64,000 bases of DNA from Cyanobacteriota bacterium (GCA_046045965.1 JBJOKS010000023.1:37677-101676); one strand, 5' to 3'. Positions 1-10,648 are shown, counted from the first letter of the stretch. Numbers and translations: made by a program. Notes: generated by a model not told the origin, from the sequence alone.

Positions 1-147
1 GAGTGCTGCACGGTCTTTGACAGAACCACCAGGATTGAGAAATTCTGCTTTGGCCAAAATTTCACATCCAGTTTCTTCACTAAAACTGTTTAAGCGAATC
101 AGTGGCGTGTTGCCAATAGTGCCGATAAATCCTTGTTTGATATTCAT
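1..147 (-). CDS. cysK: Cysteine synthase A, N-terminal part (runs off the window start)
   Basis: Manual translation from the ATG at 147: [49 protein letters not shown], which contains the PLP-lysine motif SVKDR. Not in the ORF track. Confidence 0.9.
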   Translation of the reverse strand, partial: MNIKQGFIGTIGNTPLIRLNSFSEETGCEILAKAEFLNPGGSVKDRAAL

Positions 148-302
148 GTTAATTGTTTTGAGTTCTTTCTTCTCAAATTTTGCCGTATTGCTGAATATAT
201 TTACAATCTTTTACACTTCCCCAGGTCAGAAATTTTGTGCATAATTCCCTGGAAGTAGTTCAAAAAGCGTAGGTTATAATACAGGGTAATTGACTACAGA
301 GA

Positions 303-409
303 TACAGCACTTTCCGGTATCATGATGTACACTATGGGCGGGCAAGATGCCCACCCCACAAGAGTTTTATTATTATGATTTGTACCTCATAGCAATAAAA
401 TATGCTGTA
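303..409. mobile_element. MITE/REP-like element
   Basis: Ends TACAGCA...TGCTGTA form an inverted repeat; internal GC-rich hairpin GGGCGGGCAAGATGCCCACCCCAC resembles cyanobacterial REP-like repeats. Confidence 0.6.
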
Positions 410-470
410 AAAGCAATCTAGCAATAGAATCGAAATTCCAGAAGATGAAATAAAGTTTGATTAATATTTA

Positions 471-500
471 AATTAAATTAAATTAAATTAAATTAAATTA
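471..500. repeat. (AATTA)6 microsatellite
   Basis: Six perfect AATTA copies just downstream of the Uma2 stop codon. Confidence 0.9.
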
Positions 501-510
501 ACAATAAAAA

Positions 511-1095
511 CTACCAAATTTTTGCCATATTCAAAACAAAACCTGGTAAAATTGGCTCACAATTTACAGTTTCAGGATTTTCTAAACATTCTTCTGTTTG
601 TCCAGGACGATAAATATAAACTCGGCGATTTTTACGATCAATTAATAATCCTAATTGTATTCCTGGTTCTTCCATATATTCAATCATTTTCTCTTTTAAT
701 GGTTGTAAATTATCGGAAGATGATCTTAATTCAATGATAAAATCAGGACAAATGGGAGCAAATTTTTGCTGTTGCTCTGGTGTCAAAGTATTCCATCTTT
801 CTAATTTGATCCAAGAAGCATCGGGAGAACGGTCTGCACCTGTGCAAAGTTTAAAACCTGTACTGGAAGAAAAAGCAATACCCGTACCATCTTTTTCTGA
901 CCATACCCACAACTGTCCTAGAATATTGATTTCTCTATTTCCGGTTTCTGAACCTGCTGGTGACATAATTGATATTTCCCCAAATTTATTTCTCTCAATG
1001 CGTAAGTTACGGTTGACTTGACAGAAATCAAAAAATTGTTCATCTGTCATTTTAACTGATGATGGTAGCTGAAAAACTATAGGTGATGACAGCAT
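511..1095 (-). CDS. Uma2 (DUF820) family PD-(D/E)xK endonuclease
   Basis: Motifs LRIERNKFGEISIMSP, SPDASWI and PDFIIELRS are typical of cyanobacterial Uma2 proteins. Confidence 0.9.
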   Translation of the reverse strand: MLSSPIVFQLPSSVKMTDEQFFDFCQVNRNLRIERNKFGEISIMSPAGSETGNREINILGQLWVWSEKDGTGIAFSSSTGFKLCTGADRSPDASWIKLERWNTLTPEQQQKFAPICPDFIIELRSSSDNLQPLKEKMIEYMEEPGIQLGLLIDRKNRRVYIYRPGQTEECLENPETVNCEPILPGFVLNMAKIW

Positions 1096-1205
1096 TATCT
1101 TTAATCCTAATTTGCTGATCTAACTTCTTTTATTATATATAAAAAATGGTGGGTTAACGACTGTGTAACCCACCCTAAGCAGAGAAATATTGATGTTACT
1201 GAAAA

Positions 1206-1844
1206 TTATTTGTTGGGTTGGGGTGTCATCCGCAAATAAGGTTTGATTTCTTGATAACCTTTGGGGAATTTCTCTTTGAGAACTGCGGGATCTTTCAAAG
1301 ATGGAACAATTACGCAGTCTTCACCATCTTTCCAGTCTGCTGGTGTAGCAACGCTGTAATTATCAGTTAATTGCAAAGAATCAATTACTCGCAATAGTTC
1401 ATCAAAGTTGCGTCCGGTGCTGGGGGGGTAGGTGAAAGAAAGACGCAGTTTTTTGTTAGGATCAATAACAAATACAGAACGCACTGTGATGTTTGCAGCT
1501 GCATTGGGATGAATCATATCATAAAGGTCAGAAACCTTTTTGTCTGCATCTGCCAAAATTGGGTAGTTGAGGGTGGTGCTTTGGGTTTCTTCAATATCTC
1601 CCACCCAACCATTATGAGAGTCTACATCATCAACGCTGAGAGCGATCGCTTTAACGTTACGTTTGTCAAATTCTGGTTTTAACTTCGCAACTGTACCTAA
1701 TTCTGTTGTGCAAACAGGTGTATAGTCAGCAGGGTGAGAAAACAGCACTACCCAGCTGTTACCTGCCCATTCGTAAAAATCTATGTCGCCGTGTGTAGAG
1801 GCTTGTGTAAAGTTGGGTACTGTATCACCAAGACGGAGAGCCAT
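1206..1844 (-). CDS. 1-Cys peroxiredoxin (Prx6 type)
   Basis: Active-site motif FSHPADYTPVCTTE; YPPSTGRNFDE. Confidence 0.95.
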   Translation of the reverse strand: MALRLGDTVPNFTQASTHGDIDFYEWAGNSWVVLFSHPADYTPVCTTELGTVAKLKPEFDKRNVKAIALSVDDVDSHNGWVGDIEETQSTTLNYPILADADKKVSDLYDMIHPNAAANITVRSVFVIDPNKKLRLSFTYPPSTGRNFDELLRVIDSLQLTDNYSVATPADWKDGEDCVIVPSLKDPAVLKEKFPKGYQEIKPYLRMTPQPNK

Positions 1845-1882
1845 GCTAGATTCCCTGTAATTAGAAAAGATAACTATTTTAC

Positions 1883-1899
1883 TGTGTCATCATGACACA
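1883..1899. promoter_or_regulatory. Perfect palindrome upstream of the peroxiredoxin (candidate operator)
   Basis: TGTGTCAT-C-ATGACACA, about 40 bp upstream of the prx start codon. Confidence 0.4.
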
Positions 1900-2029
1900 A
1901 AACAACTATTATCCCATCAAGATTTCCCTGCTTGCAACAAAATTTTATTTTTTTTAACTTTTGGTGACATTAAAACATAATAATTGAAAATTCATTTTCC
2001 CATATTCAGCAAAATTCAGGATTTTCAGC

Positions 2030-3199
2030 CTATTTTTTGATAACTTCTTGATATGCCTGAATTATTTGTTGTGCGATCGCATCCCAACTAAAATTCTGTA
2101 AAGCATATTTTTGAGCATTTAATCCCCGTTTTTGACATTCTTGGGGGTTTGATAAAGCTGTTGTTAATAACTTCACTATTGATTCTACATCCGTTTTCCC
2201 CACCCAACCAGACTCACTATCTAGCACCTGTTGATAAATATGCACTTGATCAGAAATAACCACTGGTGTACCATTTACCATTGCTTCTGCAACAGCAATA
2301 CCAAAATTTTCATAGTATGAAGGTAACACAAATAAATCAGCAGTTTGTAATAAACTGGTTTTTGTTTCTCCTGTGACAAACCCTGTAATGGTGGTATGTG
2401 ATTTTAAAATTGAATTTTCAATTTCAGATTTAATTTTCTGTTCATAAATTGGATCTTGAGGATTCGTTCCCGCTAAGATAAAATGAAAATCTAAACCTGT
2501 TGTTAATAATTTTTCTAGTGCAGGAATTAATAAATCTAAACCTTTTTTCGGATCAATGCGGGACATAAATAAAATTACAGGTTTATCACTGGGAATACCA
2601 AACTTATTTCTCACATCTTCGCTATTAGTTTTGGGAGGAATAACACCTAAAGGAATTACTAAATCTTTTGTTGTTACTCCAAACCTTGCTGATATTTTTG
2701 CTTCTTGTTCGCTTGTAAAATGAATTGCGGCTGCACCTGCTATATTACCACGTTCTAAAAGTGCAACATAAAGCTTTTTTAATTTTTTTTTCTTTTGTAA
2801 ATCTGCTGGATCAAGTGTTCCTAAAGGACGTAAAATATAAGGTAGATTTTGTTGTCTACAAACAATAGCTGCTGCACTACTAATAGGAGAAAATAAAGCA
2901 TGAATATGGGCAATATCAAAATTTTTAGCGTTATCTTTTAACCATTTTAATAAATCAACTGAAAACTTATACCTACGAAATGGCGCACAGCGAAAATAAA
3001 TAATTTCATAACCATCTTTTTTGATGGCAATATTTAAAGGTACATCCAGTGGTTTTTGTCCATTATCACCATTACTATCAGTAGTCAAAATGGTAACTTC
3101 TACATTTGCTTTTGCTAAGGCTGGTGCTAGTCCTAAAACCATTTGACTAGGACCACCATAGATGAGAGAAATAGAGGGAACAATTTGTAATATTCTCAT
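2030..3199 (-). CDS. hpsP: GT4 glycosyltransferase, hormogonium polysaccharide HpsP-like
   Basis: GT-B motifs (MRILQIVPSISLIYGGP; ENFGIAVAEAM); last gene of an hpsL-N-O-P-like run. Confidence 0.8.
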   Translation of the reverse strand: MRILQIVPSISLIYGGPSQMVLGLAPALAKANVEVTILTTDSNGDNGQKPLDVPLNIAIKKDGYEIIYFRCAPFRRYKFSVDLLKWLKDNAKNFDIAHIHALFSPISSAAAIVCRQQNLPYILRPLGTLDPADLQKKKKLKKLYVALLERGNIAGAAAIHFTSEQEAKISARFGVTTKDLVIPLGVIPPKTNSEDVRNKFGIPSDKPVILFMSRIDPKKGLDLLIPALEKLLTTGLDFHFILAGTNPQDPIYEQKIKSEIENSILKSHTTITGFVTGETKTSLLQTADLFVLPSYYENFGIAVAEAMVNGTPVVISDQVHIYQQVLDSESGWVGKTDVESIVKLLTTALSNPQECQKRGLNAQKYALQNFSWDAIAQQIIQAYQEVIKK

Positions 3200-3223
3200 G
3201 ATTAATTCTTAGTTATTAATTTA

Positions 3224-3330
3224 CTCGTTCCTATACTCTGTATGGGAATGAATTTTTAAAGGCTCTGCCTTTAGTTATATCAGAGTCAGAGACTCTTTGA
3301 TAGCATTCCCAGTTAGAAACTGGGAACGAG
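3224..3330. mobile_element. 107-bp REP/MITE-like element, copy 1
   Basis: Terminal inverted repeats CTCGTTCC...GGGAACGAG with hairpins at both ends; related to 24706-24812. Confidence 0.75.
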
Positions 3331-4500
3331 ATATGACATTAATTGTTGATAAAATTCATATTGTTGTTTAGCAATAGCTTTATTTGTATATTTAACCATT
3401 GCTTTTTCATAACCCATTTCCCCTAACTTAGCAGCTAAACCTGGTTTTTCCATTAACTGCAATAAACAATTAGCTAAAGCTTGAGTATCACCTTCAGGGA
3501 AAATCAAACCAGCATCACCAATAACATGAGGAATTTCCCCAGAGTCGGAACCAATAACAGGTACTTTACAAGCCATTGCTTCAATTAAAACATGACCAAA
3601 TTGTTCTTTCCAACCTACAGCAGTGAGGGTTTTAAATTTATAAGTAGTTTCGGAAGGAAGAACCAAAGTATTCATGACATTGATATAATTTGCAACTTCA
3701 TTATGCGGTACGCTTTCTACTATTATGAGTTTTTCTCGAATGTTATTTTCTGTGGCTATTTTTAAGATTTCTTCCTGTAATTCTCCTCTACCTAATAGTA
3801 ATAATTTCCAAGGTTTATCTTTGATATTTACCAATGCTTTTAACAGTGTTAATAAACCTTTTTCTGGAACAAATCTACCGACAAAACCGACTACAAAATC
3901 ATGTTGATTAATTCCTAAATTAGCTGCTAATTCTGGTTGTGGTTGCGGTGTAAAGAGAGTTTCATCTACACCCAACTGAGGCAGAACTTTAATTGCTCCT
4001 TCATATCCGCGTTGACGCAAAATATCAGCCCCATCTTGATTACCAGAAATAATACCATGACTATTATTTAAGTTATACTTTTCTAATAGTGCAACTGGTA
4101 ATTTTAATTCATAAGGTAAATTCCACCAGGTGAAAAATACATTTTTGGCTTTTAGTCCTAATAATTGATTTAAAATAATCATTTGTGTATAAGCCAAACC
4201 TCTAGAACCTTGTTCGACATGAATAATTTGGGGACGAAACTTTTGTAATAAACTAATTAAGTCAGCACCGAAAGTTAGTAGTCCTTGATGGTTTTGGCTA
4301 AAATTAGATATTGGGACTATTTTAAATGTGCCTTCATCACGATATTCTGTTTCAATAATTCGGTTTTGTACTCCTCCTGGTCGCCACTTTTTGGGAACTA
4401 CAACTGTGACTTCAATTCCTGGTTCTAGTTTGGCTAAAGCCCGTAATTTTTCACAGTTCAGGTCTACTATATAGGTATGACTAGCAACTAAAATTCTCAT
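3313..4500 (-). CDS. hpsO: GT4 glycosyltransferase HpsO-like
   Basis: MRILVASHTYIVDLNCEKL; EQFGHVLIEAMAC; position in the hps cluster. Confidence 0.8.
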   Translation of the reverse strand: MRILVASHTYIVDLNCEKLRALAKLEPGIEVTVVVPKKWRPGGVQNRIIETEYRDEGTFKIVPISNFSQNHQGLLTFGADLISLLQKFRPQIIHVEQGSRGLAYTQMIILNQLLGLKAKNVFFTWWNLPYELKLPVALLEKYNLNNSHGIISGNQDGADILRQRGYEGAIKVLPQLGVDETLFTPQPQPELAANLGINQHDFVVGFVGRFVPEKGLLTLLKALVNIKDKPWKLLLLGRGELQEEILKIATENNIREKLIIVESVPHNEVANYINVMNTLVLPSETTYKFKTLTAVGWKEQFGHVLIEAMACKVPVIGSDSGEIPHVIGDAGLIFPEGDTQALANCLLQLMEKPGLAAKLGEMGYEKAMVKYTNKAIAKQQYEFYQQLMSYLVPSF

Positions 4501-4551
4501 GATAGTTTTTCCAGATCAATTGACTTATCCTGACTCCTAACTCCTGACTCC

Positions 4552-5532
4552 TTAAATTTGTTGATCTAAACGACTGTAAATTTGTCCATCATTCCATACT
4601 GATTGAATCATGCTACCCACAGCTTTGAGAAAACCTAAACAATAGAAAATACCGCGAGTGGCAATTTTAATAGGAGAACCGCTTTTATAACAAGGAGGGT
4701 TTCCAAGAACATGACAGTCAAATAAACGTCCGTAAAATCGTAAAGCTTGGGTAAAGGTGAGGTTTTTTAAACCGAGTAAAAAATGATTGTGATAGAAGGT
4801 AAATTGATATTCGAGCGATCGCATACTAATATCATGACAACCCCCAGTTTCTTCCCCCAAATGCACTAAATAAGCATCTGGATCGTACCAAATTTTATAC
4901 CCAGTTTTTCTAAACCTTAAACAAAAATCTGATTCTTCCCGTACTGCACTACCCCGAAACCTTTCATCAAACTTGATCCCGTACTTAGTAAAAACATCCC
5001 GACGGAAAGACATATTGCAACCTCTAGCTGTTAATACTTGCTGAGGTTTGGTAGTATGGACTAAATCAATATGATACCAAGCAATACCAGGGTCCATTGC
5101 TTCCGGAGGTAAATATTCAATTTCCAATTCTCCCCCAGAATCACCTAATTTCATTCTGTCAAATACGCGACCTGCCACTGCGCCTATTTCTGGGTTTTCC
5201 ACATAATTCTTAGCATGAGTGGCTAAAAAGCCCGGTGTTAATTGTACATCATCATCAATAAATAAAATAATCTCACCGGATGATCTGCGTACAGCATAGT
5301 TTCGCGCTCCTGGTAAACTAGCCCAATCTAAGCGAAACAGTTTAATTTTACCAGATGTAGCCATTTCATCTAAAAAAGCTTGAGTATCTGGTTCATGGGT
5401 TTGGGTTTGATCCACTACCAAAACTTCAAACTGGGGATAATCTTGTTTTAAGACATCAACAATACTATCTCGTAGCAGTTTTTCTCTTCTGTATGTAGGG
5501 ATAACTACTGAAATTAACGGGCAATTATTCAT
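4552..5532 (-). CDS. hpsN: GT2 glycosyltransferase HpsN-like
   Basis: ISVVIPTY, FIDDD (DxD) and FDERFRGSAVREESD motifs; position in the hps cluster. Confidence 0.8.
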   Translation of the reverse strand: MNNCPLISVVIPTYRREKLLRDSIVDVLKQDYPQFEVLVVDQTQTHEPDTQAFLDEMATSGKIKLFRLDWASLPGARNYAVRRSSGEIILFIDDDVQLTPGFLATHAKNYVENPEIGAVAGRVFDRMKLGDSGGELEIEYLPPEAMDPGIAWYHIDLVHTTKPQQVLTARGCNMSFRRDVFTKYGIKFDERFRGSAVREESDFCLRFRKTGYKIWYDPDAYLVHLGEETGGCHDISMRSLEYQFTFYHNHFLLGLKNLTFTQALRFYGRLFDCHVLGNPPCYKSGSPIKIATRGIFYCLGFLKAVGSMIQSVWNDGQIYSRLDQQI

Positions 5533-5600
5533 ATTTTTATACTCTCTATTAAATTATGCTTGTTGGATACTGTGACAGTAATAATTAATGTTATTTTACT

Positions 5601-6806
5601 TCAGTATAATCCTGCTGCTGTGGTATAGAGGTGATCGAATAACTGATTTTGCTTTTCAGCGTTATTGAGATTTTGCACGTGATTCAACGCTCCTGCACTC
5701 AGGATTTCATAATGTTCTTTTTTGTCTGTTCTATCTAAAAATTGGTTAATTTCTTGTAAAGACATTTCTACTAAATCATTGTAGGTGGTATTCAAAATCC
5801 CCCAATATTCTTCAGTGCTAGTTTTTTCGCCATGTAACCAATTACTCCAGTGCCTTATTTTATTTAGTGGTAATTCCAAAACATATCCATTTTTACCATG
5901 TTGAACTATCTCTGGTAAAGCGCATACATTGGTTGTGAATGCTGGAGTACCTACAGAAAAGCCTTCAATTATACTGTAGCCATAGGTATCCATTAATGTT
6001 GGCATAAATTGAAAGTCACAGTTGGCTAACAAATCTAGCACTGATTGATTAGAAATTTGTTTGTGAAAAACAACATTACTTAAATCCAGCAATTTTAAAT
6101 CTTCTAGATACCTATTAGCATCAGGAAAATCAGTAGGTACACCTTGACCACGCCCTAATGCTGATACTATATGGATGGTGATAGGTAATCCTAATTGTTC
6201 AGCTTTTTTCGCTAATCTTAAAGCCACAATTCCACCTTTTCTAGCAATATGATTGCCAATAAAAACAAGTTGCAGATTTGATTTATTCTGATAGGTCTTA
6301 GGATGTTGAGCATTTATAAAAAAATTGGGATGTATGATTTCCAATTTTTGGTTTAATTTCTCATACTCATCCCATTGGTCTACAGTTCTTAAAAAACGTA
6401 ATTTGGCATAATCAGAAATAGCAATTATTTTATGACAATTATCTAGGGACAAACGATGATTTAAAAACTTGTAAAATTTTTCTTCTGTTGTATTCCTGGG
6501 TCCTCGATATAAAAACCGATGATCTTCAAAAGTAATAAACCAAGGTTTATTAGTATATATAATTCTATTGAAAGAGTGAATTACGTCATATCCCCCCCAT
6601 ACAGGTTGCCAAGGAATCAAGCTGCCTAAAGGATACCAGATATTTGCTATTGGATAACGTCCTACAGGAAAAAATTTGGGACGGATCAGATGATGTTGAG
6701 AAAGCCGAGGTATATTGGCATTGCTCAGGTGTTTTTGACCTCCAAGCACTATTTTAAGTTGATGTTTTCTTTCTTGATTTTGATTTGAGTTAATTTGGTT
6801 ATTCAT
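5601..6806 (-). CDS. GT4-family glycosyltransferase
   Basis: GT-B C-terminal motif DTYGYSIIEGFSVGTP...LPEIVQHGKNGY. Confidence 0.8.
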   Translation of the reverse strand: MNNQINSNQNQERKHQLKIVLGGQKHLSNANIPRLSQHHLIRPKFFPVGRYPIANIWYPLGSLIPWQPVWGGYDVIHSFNRIIYTNKPWFITFEDHRFLYRGPRNTTEEKFYKFLNHRLSLDNCHKIIAISDYAKLRFLRTVDQWDEYEKLNQKLEIIHPNFFINAQHPKTYQNKSNLQLVFIGNHIARKGGIVALRLAKKAEQLGLPITIHIVSALGRGQGVPTDFPDANRYLEDLKLLDLSNVVFHKQISNQSVLDLLANCDFQFMPTLMDTYGYSIIEGFSVGTPAFTTNVCALPEIVQHGKNGYVLELPLNKIRHWSNWLHGEKTSTEEYWGILNTTYNDLVEMSLQEINQFLDRTDKKEHYEILSAGALNHVQNLNNAEKQNQLFDHLYTTAAGLY

Positions 6807-6863
6807 AATACAGGGACTCTTTTGTTGATATTTATGTTTGTATAATTTTGCTGGTTGATCGAG

Positions 6864-7175
6864 CTATTTTTTATTTAACAGCATATTTTCTAGCCGGGTA
6901 ATTACTAATTTTCATTTGGTTTCACTTATATCTATACCATCTTTGATTGACTTAGAAATCAAAGCATAACTGGTGTTAAAACCAGCCAGTAGAAAGAATA
7001 TATCCACAGCAGCATATCCCACCCTGGCTGAATTTCTATCTAAAATAGAAATGATGGATGTGCGTTCTGGATAATTTTGAAAAAAATGAAATAAGACAAT
7101 TCCTAATATTGCTAAACCTTTGGTTCTATCAATCCAATGAAATCTTGTTTTTTGGGGTGTATTTGATGTAGCCAT
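6864..7175 (-). pseudogene. Truncated acyltransferase-3 (OafA-like O-acyltransferase)
   Basis: N-terminal motifs RFHWIDRTKGLAILGIVLFH and AVDIFFLLAGF, but the ORF stops after 87 aa. An in-frame tail KLVITRLENMLLNKK* follows the TGA. Confidence 0.7.
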
Positions 7176-7197
7176 ATCCTCAATCTTCTGATTCAGA

Positions 7198-8829
7198 TCA
7201 TTTTTTATTCAGACGTTTTTTCTTGTCTTTGGTTTTGTCGGTTGTTTCTTCTGGAACTATTTGTTTATCCAGGATTGGTAACTTAAAAATGATTCCTGCA
7301 CATAACCAATAATAAACAGCCACTGGATCGACATCCAGAGGATAGTAATAAGTATTATAACTGATAAACAGTACAAACACCCACATACTAGCACCATAAG
7401 TCCGTAAGTTACGGTTTTTTATACTGCGATATGTCTTAAAAGCAGCTTTTGTAATACAGGTAACAAATATGAGAAACGCCAAGACTCCTACAATTCCGAC
7501 TTCATAGAGAACTTTGGGATAGTAGGTTTCCACTAACTTAGTTGAACCCATGACACGGGCGGAGTTTGTAGCTTTACCTAAACCAGCACCAAGCGGTTTA
7601 TCATCAACACTTTTCCAGTTTTCGTGAAATTGATCAACAATAAACTGATGAGGAGGTGAGGCATTCCAACGACTCACAAAACTGTCTGTTCTTTCTTGAA
7701 CGAGAGTGGGGTTAGCGGCCATAGCAATGAACAAAATGACTAGCAAACCTCCTCCCAAGGGTATAAACTTTTTGAGGTTAGCTAGTTGACCTGTCAATAG
7801 TAGCAAAACTACAAAGCTGACTGGAACCAAAGCTAGAGCTATTCTCTGTCCACAGACAACAGCGTTCATAAATACCAAGACGGCAGCGACTATACCGATC
7901 AATCGCCAGATAATAGATTTGTCGCTGAAAATGGTAGCATAGGCGAAGAAAGTAGAGGAAATTAAGAACCAACCCCACTGCCAAGGGGCAACAAAAGTTC
8001 CTGGTAAACGAATCACTCCTTGATCTGGACTATACAACAACGCTCCGCCAAAATAGCAACGAGAATCAAGAGATGCTTTAAACAACAAATCTCCCTCAAC
8101 ACCTGTAGTTCCTTTACATATTCCTTTGAGAAGTAGGATGTATTGGATCAATCCCAAAACGCAACAAATAATAATCAGAACAATTTGAATCCGAGACAAC
8201 CACCAAAACTCTTTAAGATCACGAATTAAATAATAGACACAAGTAATTAATGGTACATAGCCGATAAATACTTTTAAACCTAAAATTCCCAATCCTATGG
8301 GTATGTCTCCTCCAGAGGGGTTTAACTGCTCTCCACCATTAATAAACAGTAGGGTCAGCATACAACAGCTAAACAGAATTAAAAAGGGAGTCTTAATAGT
8401 TTTGGGAACAATAAAGGGCTGTTTTTGCTGTTTGCAGCTTTGCCAGACGGCGATCGCTACTGGGACAAAAAAAGCATCTTTCGCTAATTGCATGATGGGA
8501 CTTCCACCCAACCAGTAAACCACTGTACCCGCAAACGGCAAGTAGATGACGAAGGCAAATAAAGCATAGTTTGGGTATTTGTAACAAAGGGTGAGGACTA
8601 TGATCCCTAATGCACCAGGGGCGGCTAATTTAATTCCTCCTGCAAAAAAAAGCACCAATCCTAAGAAGAAAGCACTGGCTACAAGTTTACTAACTAAGCT
8701 AGTAAATTCTTTTCGCGCTTGCATAGCTTTGCGTTTTAAGGCTAACTCTTCTTTGAGACTTAAAGCCGGCTTATCTCCTGCTTTCTGTTTATTCTTTCCA
8801 CCTTTGGTTTTTTTCTTGGTTTTGAGCAT
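7198..8829 (-). CDS. hpsL: Hormogonium polysaccharide membrane protein HpsL-like (Wzy/O-antigen-ligase-like)
   Basis: Multi-pass membrane protein with IRLPGTFVAPWQWGWF and PLGAGLGKATNSAR. Likely start is the ATG at 8829; the ORF-track extension to 9015 is translated STRR repeat. Confidence 0.8.
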   Translation of the reverse strand: MLKTKKKTKGGKNKQKAGDKPALSLKEELALKRKAMQARKEFTSLVSKLVASAFFLGLVLFFAGGIKLAAPGALGIIVLTLCYKYPNYALFAFVIYLPFAGTVVYWLGGSPIMQLAKDAFFVPVAIAVWQSCKQQKQPFIVPKTIKTPFLILFSCCMLTLLFINGGEQLNPSGGDIPIGLGILGLKVFIGYVPLITCVYYLIRDLKEFWWLSRIQIVLIIICCVLGLIQYILLLKGICKGTTGVEGDLLFKASLDSRCYFGGALLYSPDQGVIRLPGTFVAPWQWGWFLISSTFFAYATIFSDKSIIWRLIGIVAAVLVFMNAVVCGQRIALALVPVSFVVLLLLTGQLANLKKFIPLGGGLLVILFIAMAANPTLVQERTDSFVSRWNASPPHQFIVDQFHENWKSVDDKPLGAGLGKATNSARVMGSTKLVETYYPKVLYEVGIVGVLAFLIFVTCITKAAFKTYRSIKNRNLRTYGASMWVFVLFISYNTYYYPLDVDPVAVYYWLCAGIIFKLPILDKQIVPEETTDKTKDKKKRLNKK

Positions 8830-8831
8830 AA

Positions 8832-8960
8832 CTGGGGATTGGGTACTGGGGATTGGTGACTGGGTACTGGGGATTGGGTATCGGTAAAAATCCTTTCCTC
8901 CCCTGCTTCCCCTGGTTCCCCTGCTTCCCCTGCCTCCTGACTCCTGACTCCTGACTCCTG
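8832..8960. repeat. Mixed STRR/heptamer tandem repeats
   Basis: (TGGGGAT/TGGGTAC)n, CCCCTGCTT-like 9-mers and (CTCCTGA)n between glmM and hpsL. Confidence 0.85.
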
Positions 8961-8969
8961 TATTCTTCT

Positions 8970-10454
8970 TTAAGCTATATGTTCCTGTACTTGTGAAACT
9001 AATTCCTTTGTCCAATAGTTTACCAGTTCTGTATCAGCAGCTTCTACCATAACTCTGATTACAGGTTCTGTCCCAGAAGCACGGACTAATATCCGTCCAT
9101 TATCACCCATTGCGGCTTCGGCTTGGGCGATCGCTTTTTGCACTGGTTCGCAATTTTCCCACCCTAACCGTTTTTCTCTGTCTTCTACCCGCACGTTTTG
9201 TAATAGTTGCGGATAGGTTTGAAAACTTTGATCAACCATTTCCCCTAAAGAAATTCCCGCTGCTTGCACCACTGCGGCTAAATGCAATGCTGTTAATAAT
9301 CCATCACCAGTAATACCATAATGACGGCAGAGGATATGACCTGATTGTTCTCCACCTAGCATTCCCCCGGTGTTGAGCATTTCTGCCTGTACATATTGAT
9401 CACCGACGGCGGTACGAATCATTTTACCGCCTTGTTTTTGCCAAGCTTTCTCAAATCCCAGGTTAGCCATGACGGTGGAAATAATCAAGTTATCTGGCAG
9501 TTGTTGTTTTTCTTGTAGATGACGACCCCAAAGGTAGAGAATGTAATCACCGTTAACTTGTCTGCCTGTATTATCTACTGCTAAGACTCGATCCGCATCG
9601 CCATCAAAGGCAAATCCCATATCAGCGTTATATTCTTGCACCGCTGCTGCCAGAATATCTAAATCTGTAGAACCGCAATTGACGTTAATGCGATCGCCAT
9701 CTGCTTGATTATGTAAACAAATTACATCAGCACCCATCTGGGTAAATACTGATGGTGCTAATCCCACAGCCGCACCCCAAGCTAAATCTAAGACAATTTT
9801 CATCCCTTGAAGATTCACTTGGGGTTGTAATGGTTGTTGCAATGCTTGTCCGTAATCTGCTATTAACTCTGTCCGTGAGTAATGCCGTCCACAGTTACTG
9901 ACACCGCTAAGAGTTGCAATTTTACCCCGCAAACCCGCCTCAATTTCCGCTTGTAATCCTTTAGACAATTTTCCACCACCAGCACCAAATATTTTAATGC
10001 CGTTGTCTTCTGGTGGGTTATGGCTGGCAGAAATCATCACGCCACCAATAGCATCAGTAATACTTGTAAGATAAGCTACGCAGGGAGTAGGACATAAGCC
10101 CAAATACCAAACTTCTAACCCTGCTGCGGTTAAACCTGCACTCAAAGCCATTGCCAGCATATCACTAGAATTTCTAGAGTCTTGTCCCAGAATTACAGGA
10201 CCATTGTGTGCAGCATGATTACGTAACACAATACCCGCCCAAAAACCTACTTGCAAGGCTAAAGGCGCACTCAGCAGTTCTCCCACTTTACCACGAATGC
10301 CATCTGTACCAAATAACGGTGTTTTTGGCAAGGATAATAAGTTGACAGCGAAACTACTTTCAATTCCTGTTTTCAATTCTTCAGATTTGGCAGTATAACC
10401 CTCAGATATACAGCTTTGAGTCCGACTTATAGAAGAAACCATATTTTTCAACAC
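8970..10454 (-). CDS. glmM: Phosphoglucosamine mutase
   Basis: LFGTDGIRG, catalytic ISASHNP, metal loop FDGDADR, GGEQSGH, RASGTEP. True start may be 10442. Confidence 0.95.
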   Translation of the reverse strand: MLKNMVSSISRTQSCISEGYTAKSEELKTGIESSFAVNLLSLPKTPLFGTDGIRGKVGELLSAPLALQVGFWAGIVLRNHAAHNGPVILGQDSRNSSDMLAMALSAGLTAAGLEVWYLGLCPTPCVAYLTSITDAIGGVMISASHNPPEDNGIKIFGAGGGKLSKGLQAEIEAGLRGKIATLSGVSNCGRHYSRTELIADYGQALQQPLQPQVNLQGMKIVLDLAWGAAVGLAPSVFTQMGADVICLHNQADGDRINVNCGSTDLDILAAAVQEYNADMGFAFDGDADRVLAVDNTGRQVNGDYILYLWGRHLQEKQQLPDNLIISTVMANLGFEKAWQKQGGKMIRTAVGDQYVQAEMLNTGGMLGGEQSGHILCRHYGITGDGLLTALHLAAVVQAAGISLGEMVDQSFQTYPQLLQNVRVEDREKRLGWENCEPVQKAIAQAEAAMGDNGRILVRASGTEPVIRVMVEAADTELVNYWTKELVSQVQEHIA

Positions 10455-10614
10455 TCCACACCATCACACAGGAGAATAACACTTTAAACTTTGTTCAACA
10501 ATTCTGACGAAATCGCCTCTCAACAGTACACCTGTAATCGTTTTTCTTAATGACAATTAATTTTAACGATTCTTTGTTAAGTAAAATTACAGATGGTTAT
10601 TAATAATTTACTCT

Positions 10615-10648
10615 AGATCCCCGATTTCTTTGATAAGTCAGGTATCTG
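10615..10648. repeat. AGATCCCCGA(C/T)TTC-type REP-like palindrome
   Basis: AGATCCCCGATTTC...AAGTCAGGTATCT; a longer relative lies at 16248-16312. Confidence 0.6.

Noticed and set aside
17..244. 75-aa plus-strand ORF and other short antisense ORFs inside large genes
   Set aside because: Shadow ORFs opposite well-supported genes (here cysK), with no independent coding signal.
8830..9015. N-terminal extension of hpsL in the ORF track
   Set aside because: It overlaps the glmM end and consists of STRR-encoded low-complexity sequence; the ATG at 8829 is more plausible.
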